From: the human T2T-CHM13v2.0 reference genome, Homo sapiens
Reading direction: 5' to 3' (one strand)
DNA length: 64,000 bases
Assembly (NCBI RefSeq): GCF_009914755.1
Contig: NC_060943.1
Part shown: in pieces, positions 56,148-64,000 of the stretch
How positions within the stretch are numbered: position 1 is the stretch's first letter
Layout of the letters: each line of letters starts with the position of its first letter
Position numbers and translations under genes: made by a program
The notes under the pieces: model-generated
The model's input: the letters and a program-made list of their open reading frames with translations, nothing else
Told to the model about the DNA's origin: nothing
The model's database searches: none

Positions 56148-56549
56148 TTTCATGCGCGTCCGTGTGAAGAGACCACCAAACAGTCTTTGTGTGAGCAATA
56201 AAAGCTTTTAATCACCTGGGTACAGGCAGGCTGAGTCCAAAAAGAGAGTCAGCGAAGGGAGATAAGGGTGGGGACATTTTATAGGATTTGGGTAGATAAA
56301 TTACAGTCAAAGGGGGGTTGTTCTATGGTGGGCAGAGTGGGGGTCACAAGGTGCTCAGTAGGGGAGCTTTTGAGCCAGGGTGAGCCAGGAGAAGGAATTT
56401 CACAAGACAATGTCATCAGTTAAGGCAGGAACGGGCCATTTTCACTTCTTTTGTGGTGGAATGTCATCAGTTAAGGCAGGAACAGGCCATCTGGATGTGT
56501 ACAGGTCACAGGCGATATGATGGCTTAGCTTGGGCTCAGAGGCCTGACA
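56148..56549 (-). mobile_element. Solo LTR7-family (HERV-H) LTR nested in the ERV RNase H region
   Basis: Reverse-complement HERV-H LTR termini; 5-bp TSD ACTTG (56143-56147 and 56550-56554). Confidence 0.92.
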
Positions 56550-56974
56550 ACTTGTATACCAACACTTTATCAGTAGCAAATGGTCTTACTACCTGGATGC
56601 TCCAATGGTAATGAAACAAATTGTTAATTGGGAATAAAGAGGTTTGGGGAAAACAATACTGGGAAGATGTCTGAATCCTGGCACACACTACCATTATTGC
56701 TGTCTTCCATGTTGATGCCCATGCATCTCTGCTTTCTCTTGACAGACTATTTAATCACCAGGAAAATCAACAGGCCAAAATTTTTATTATAACTGCAAAC
56801 TTGAATGCAGATGAATGGATTACAACGTGTTTCAAGCCTTGCAATGACAGGCATTATAATGGATGGTGGTATAATTTATAGCGATTAGTGGCCTAAATGT
56901 GCCACTTAAAAGATACAGAATGGTAGAATGGATAAGAATTTACCAACCAAATATCTGCTATCATCAAGAGACTC

Positions 56975-57281
<307 letters not shown>

Positions 57282-59275
57282 AAGAGACTCACCCAACACA
57301 TAAAGACTCACATAAACTTAAGGCAAAGGGTTGGAAAAAGATAATCATGCAAATGTACCTTAAGAGCAAGCAGTAGTCGCCATTCTTACATCAGACAAAA
57401 CAGATATTGAAACAAAAACGGTTAAAAGAAAGACAAAGAGGGACATTATATAATGATAAAGGGACAGGAAACTATCACAATTCTAAATATATGTGGACCT
57501 AACACTGGAGCTCCCAATTTATTAAACAATTACTACTAGACCTAAGAAATGAGATCAATGTCAATACAATGATAATGGGGAACTTCAATACTCTACTGAC
57601 AGCACTAGACAAGTCATCAAGACAGAAAGTCAACAACAACAACAAAAAAACAATAGACTTAAGCTATAGCCTAGAACAAATGGACTTGAAAAATATTTAC
57701 AGAACATTCTACCCAACAACTACAGAATATACATTTTATTCCTCAGAACATGAAACATTCTCCAAGATAGACATATGATAGGCCACAAAACAAGTCTCAA
57801 TACATTTAAGACAATCAAAATTATATCAACTACTCTCTCAGACAACAATGGAATAAAAGTGAAAATCAACTTCAAATGCACCCTCACAACCATGCAAATA
57901 CACGGAAATTAAATGAAAAATAAAATTTAGGATCAACCTGTTTCTGAATTTTTTTGTATGAAATCAAGATGGAAATTTAAAAATTAATTGAGCTGAATGA
58001 TAATAATGACACAATCTATCAAAATGTCTGGGATACACCAAAAGTGGCGTTAAAAGGAAAGTTCATAGCATCAAGTGCCTACATCAAAAAGTCTGAAAGA
58101 GCATAAGTAGACAATCTAAAATAACACTTCAAGGACCTAGAGAAACAAGAACAAGCCAAACCCAAACCCAGCATAAGAAAAGAAATAACAAATATCAGAG
58201 CAGAACCCTAGGGGGAGGGGTGGCTGCAGTCTCTGTGGACAAGCAGACTTAGCCTTTCCTCCTGCTAGTTCTGAGCATTTCCAGCAGCTCAGATGAGTGT
58301 ATTTGCCCCCAGCAAAACACTCCTCCTCCACCAAACGACAGTCAAAGTGCTTCATTAAAAGGGTTCTTCTCCCCATGCACTGGATGAGACCCCTCAACAG
58401 GGGTTGTCAGGCACCCTATACAGGAGTGATCCTACTGGCTTCAGGTTGGTGCCTCTTGAGGTCAGAGATCCCAGAGGAAGGTGCAGACACTCTTCTTTAC
58501 TGCTCTGCAGCCTCCTTGAGTGACCTCTCCAGGCACTGGAGTGAACCAGATGAATAGGGCCTGAGGTGAACCCCTAGCAAGGTGCAGCAACCCTACAGAA
58601 GAGGGACCTGACCACTGAATGAAAAACAAACAAACAGAAAGCAGCAACAACAGCATCAACAAGAAAAAAATATACCCAGAAAAATCCCACCCAAGGCTGC
58701 ACATGGTGGCTCACACCATAATCCAAATACTTTGGGAGGTTGAGGCGGGCAGAGCACTTGAGGTCAAGAGTTTGAGACCAGCCTGGCCAACGTGGTGAAA
58801 CCTGGTCTCTACTAAAAAAAATACAAAAATTAGCCAGGCGTGGTGGTGCACGCCTGTTGTCCCAGCTACTTGGGAGTCTGAGACATGAGAATCACTTGAA
58901 CCTTGGAGGCGGAAGTTGCAGGGAGCCAAGATCCTGCCACTGCACTCCAGCCTGGGTGACAGAGCAAGACTCTGTCTCAAACAAAACAAAACAAAACAAA
59001 AAAATCCAAGGGTCAGCAGCCTCAAAGATCAAAACTAGACAAACTCATGAAGATGAGAAAGAATCAACAAAAAAACATTGAGAGGCTAGAGTGCCTCTTC
59101 TCCAAATGATCAAAATGTTTCTTCAGCAAGGGTACAGAACTGGACAGAGGATGAGATGCAGGAATTGACAGAAGTAGGCTTCAGAAGATGGGTAATAAAA
59201 AAACTCTGCTGAGCCAAAGGAACATGTTCTAACCCAATATAAAGAAGCTAAGAACCTTGATAAAAGGTTAGAGGA

Positions 59276-59581
<306 letters not shown>

Positions 59582-59815
59582 TTAGAGGAACTGCTAACTA
59601 TAATAACAAGTTTGGAGAGGAACATAAATGATCTGATGGAGCTGAAAAACACAGCACGAGAACTTCATGAAGCATACAAAAGTATCAGTAGCCGAACTGA
59701 CCAAGCAGAAGAAAGAATATCAGTATTTGAAGACCACCTTGTCAAAATAAGGCATGCAGACAAGATTAAAGAAAAAAGAATAAAAAGGAACAAAGAAAGC
59801 CTCTGACAAATATGG

Positions 59816-63970
<4,155 letters not shown>

Positions 63971-64000
63971 TTTTCTTTCTTTCTTTTTTTTTTTTTTTTT

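Overview
Human (primate) genomic DNA from a KRAB zinc-finger gene cluster, most likely 19p12; about two-thirds is interspersed repeat (Alu, L1, LTR/ERV, SVA). The one intact gene is on the minus strand: an ATG-only exon 1 with a CpG-rich promoter at ~27.1-27.5 kb, a 127-bp KRAB-A exon (11975-12101) and a 96-bp KRAB-B exon (10730-10825). I recognise the protein as ZNF682; its zinc-finger exon lies left of the window. Upstream on the same strand is a truncated paralogous unit (~43.6-52.7 kb) with a clean KRAB-A exon, a frameshifted KRAB-B exon and no exon 1 or finger exon. Each unit carries an antisense BNIP3 processed pseudogene at the same intronic position. Also present: an orphan CpG-rich element built from ~140-bp units carrying ZNF143/THAP11-type motifs (39.7-40.4 kb); an SVA with a probable short 3' transduction; several solo LTRs with TSDs; three human-specific-type Alus (Ya5 x2, Yb8); and two convergent, internally deleted class III ERV copies (tRNA-Ser PBS, dUTPase, env remnant). 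I see no convincing wholly new biological system. The best leads are regulatory or evolutionary and are labelled as inference. Repeat-family names and gene identity come from recall, not from a search.
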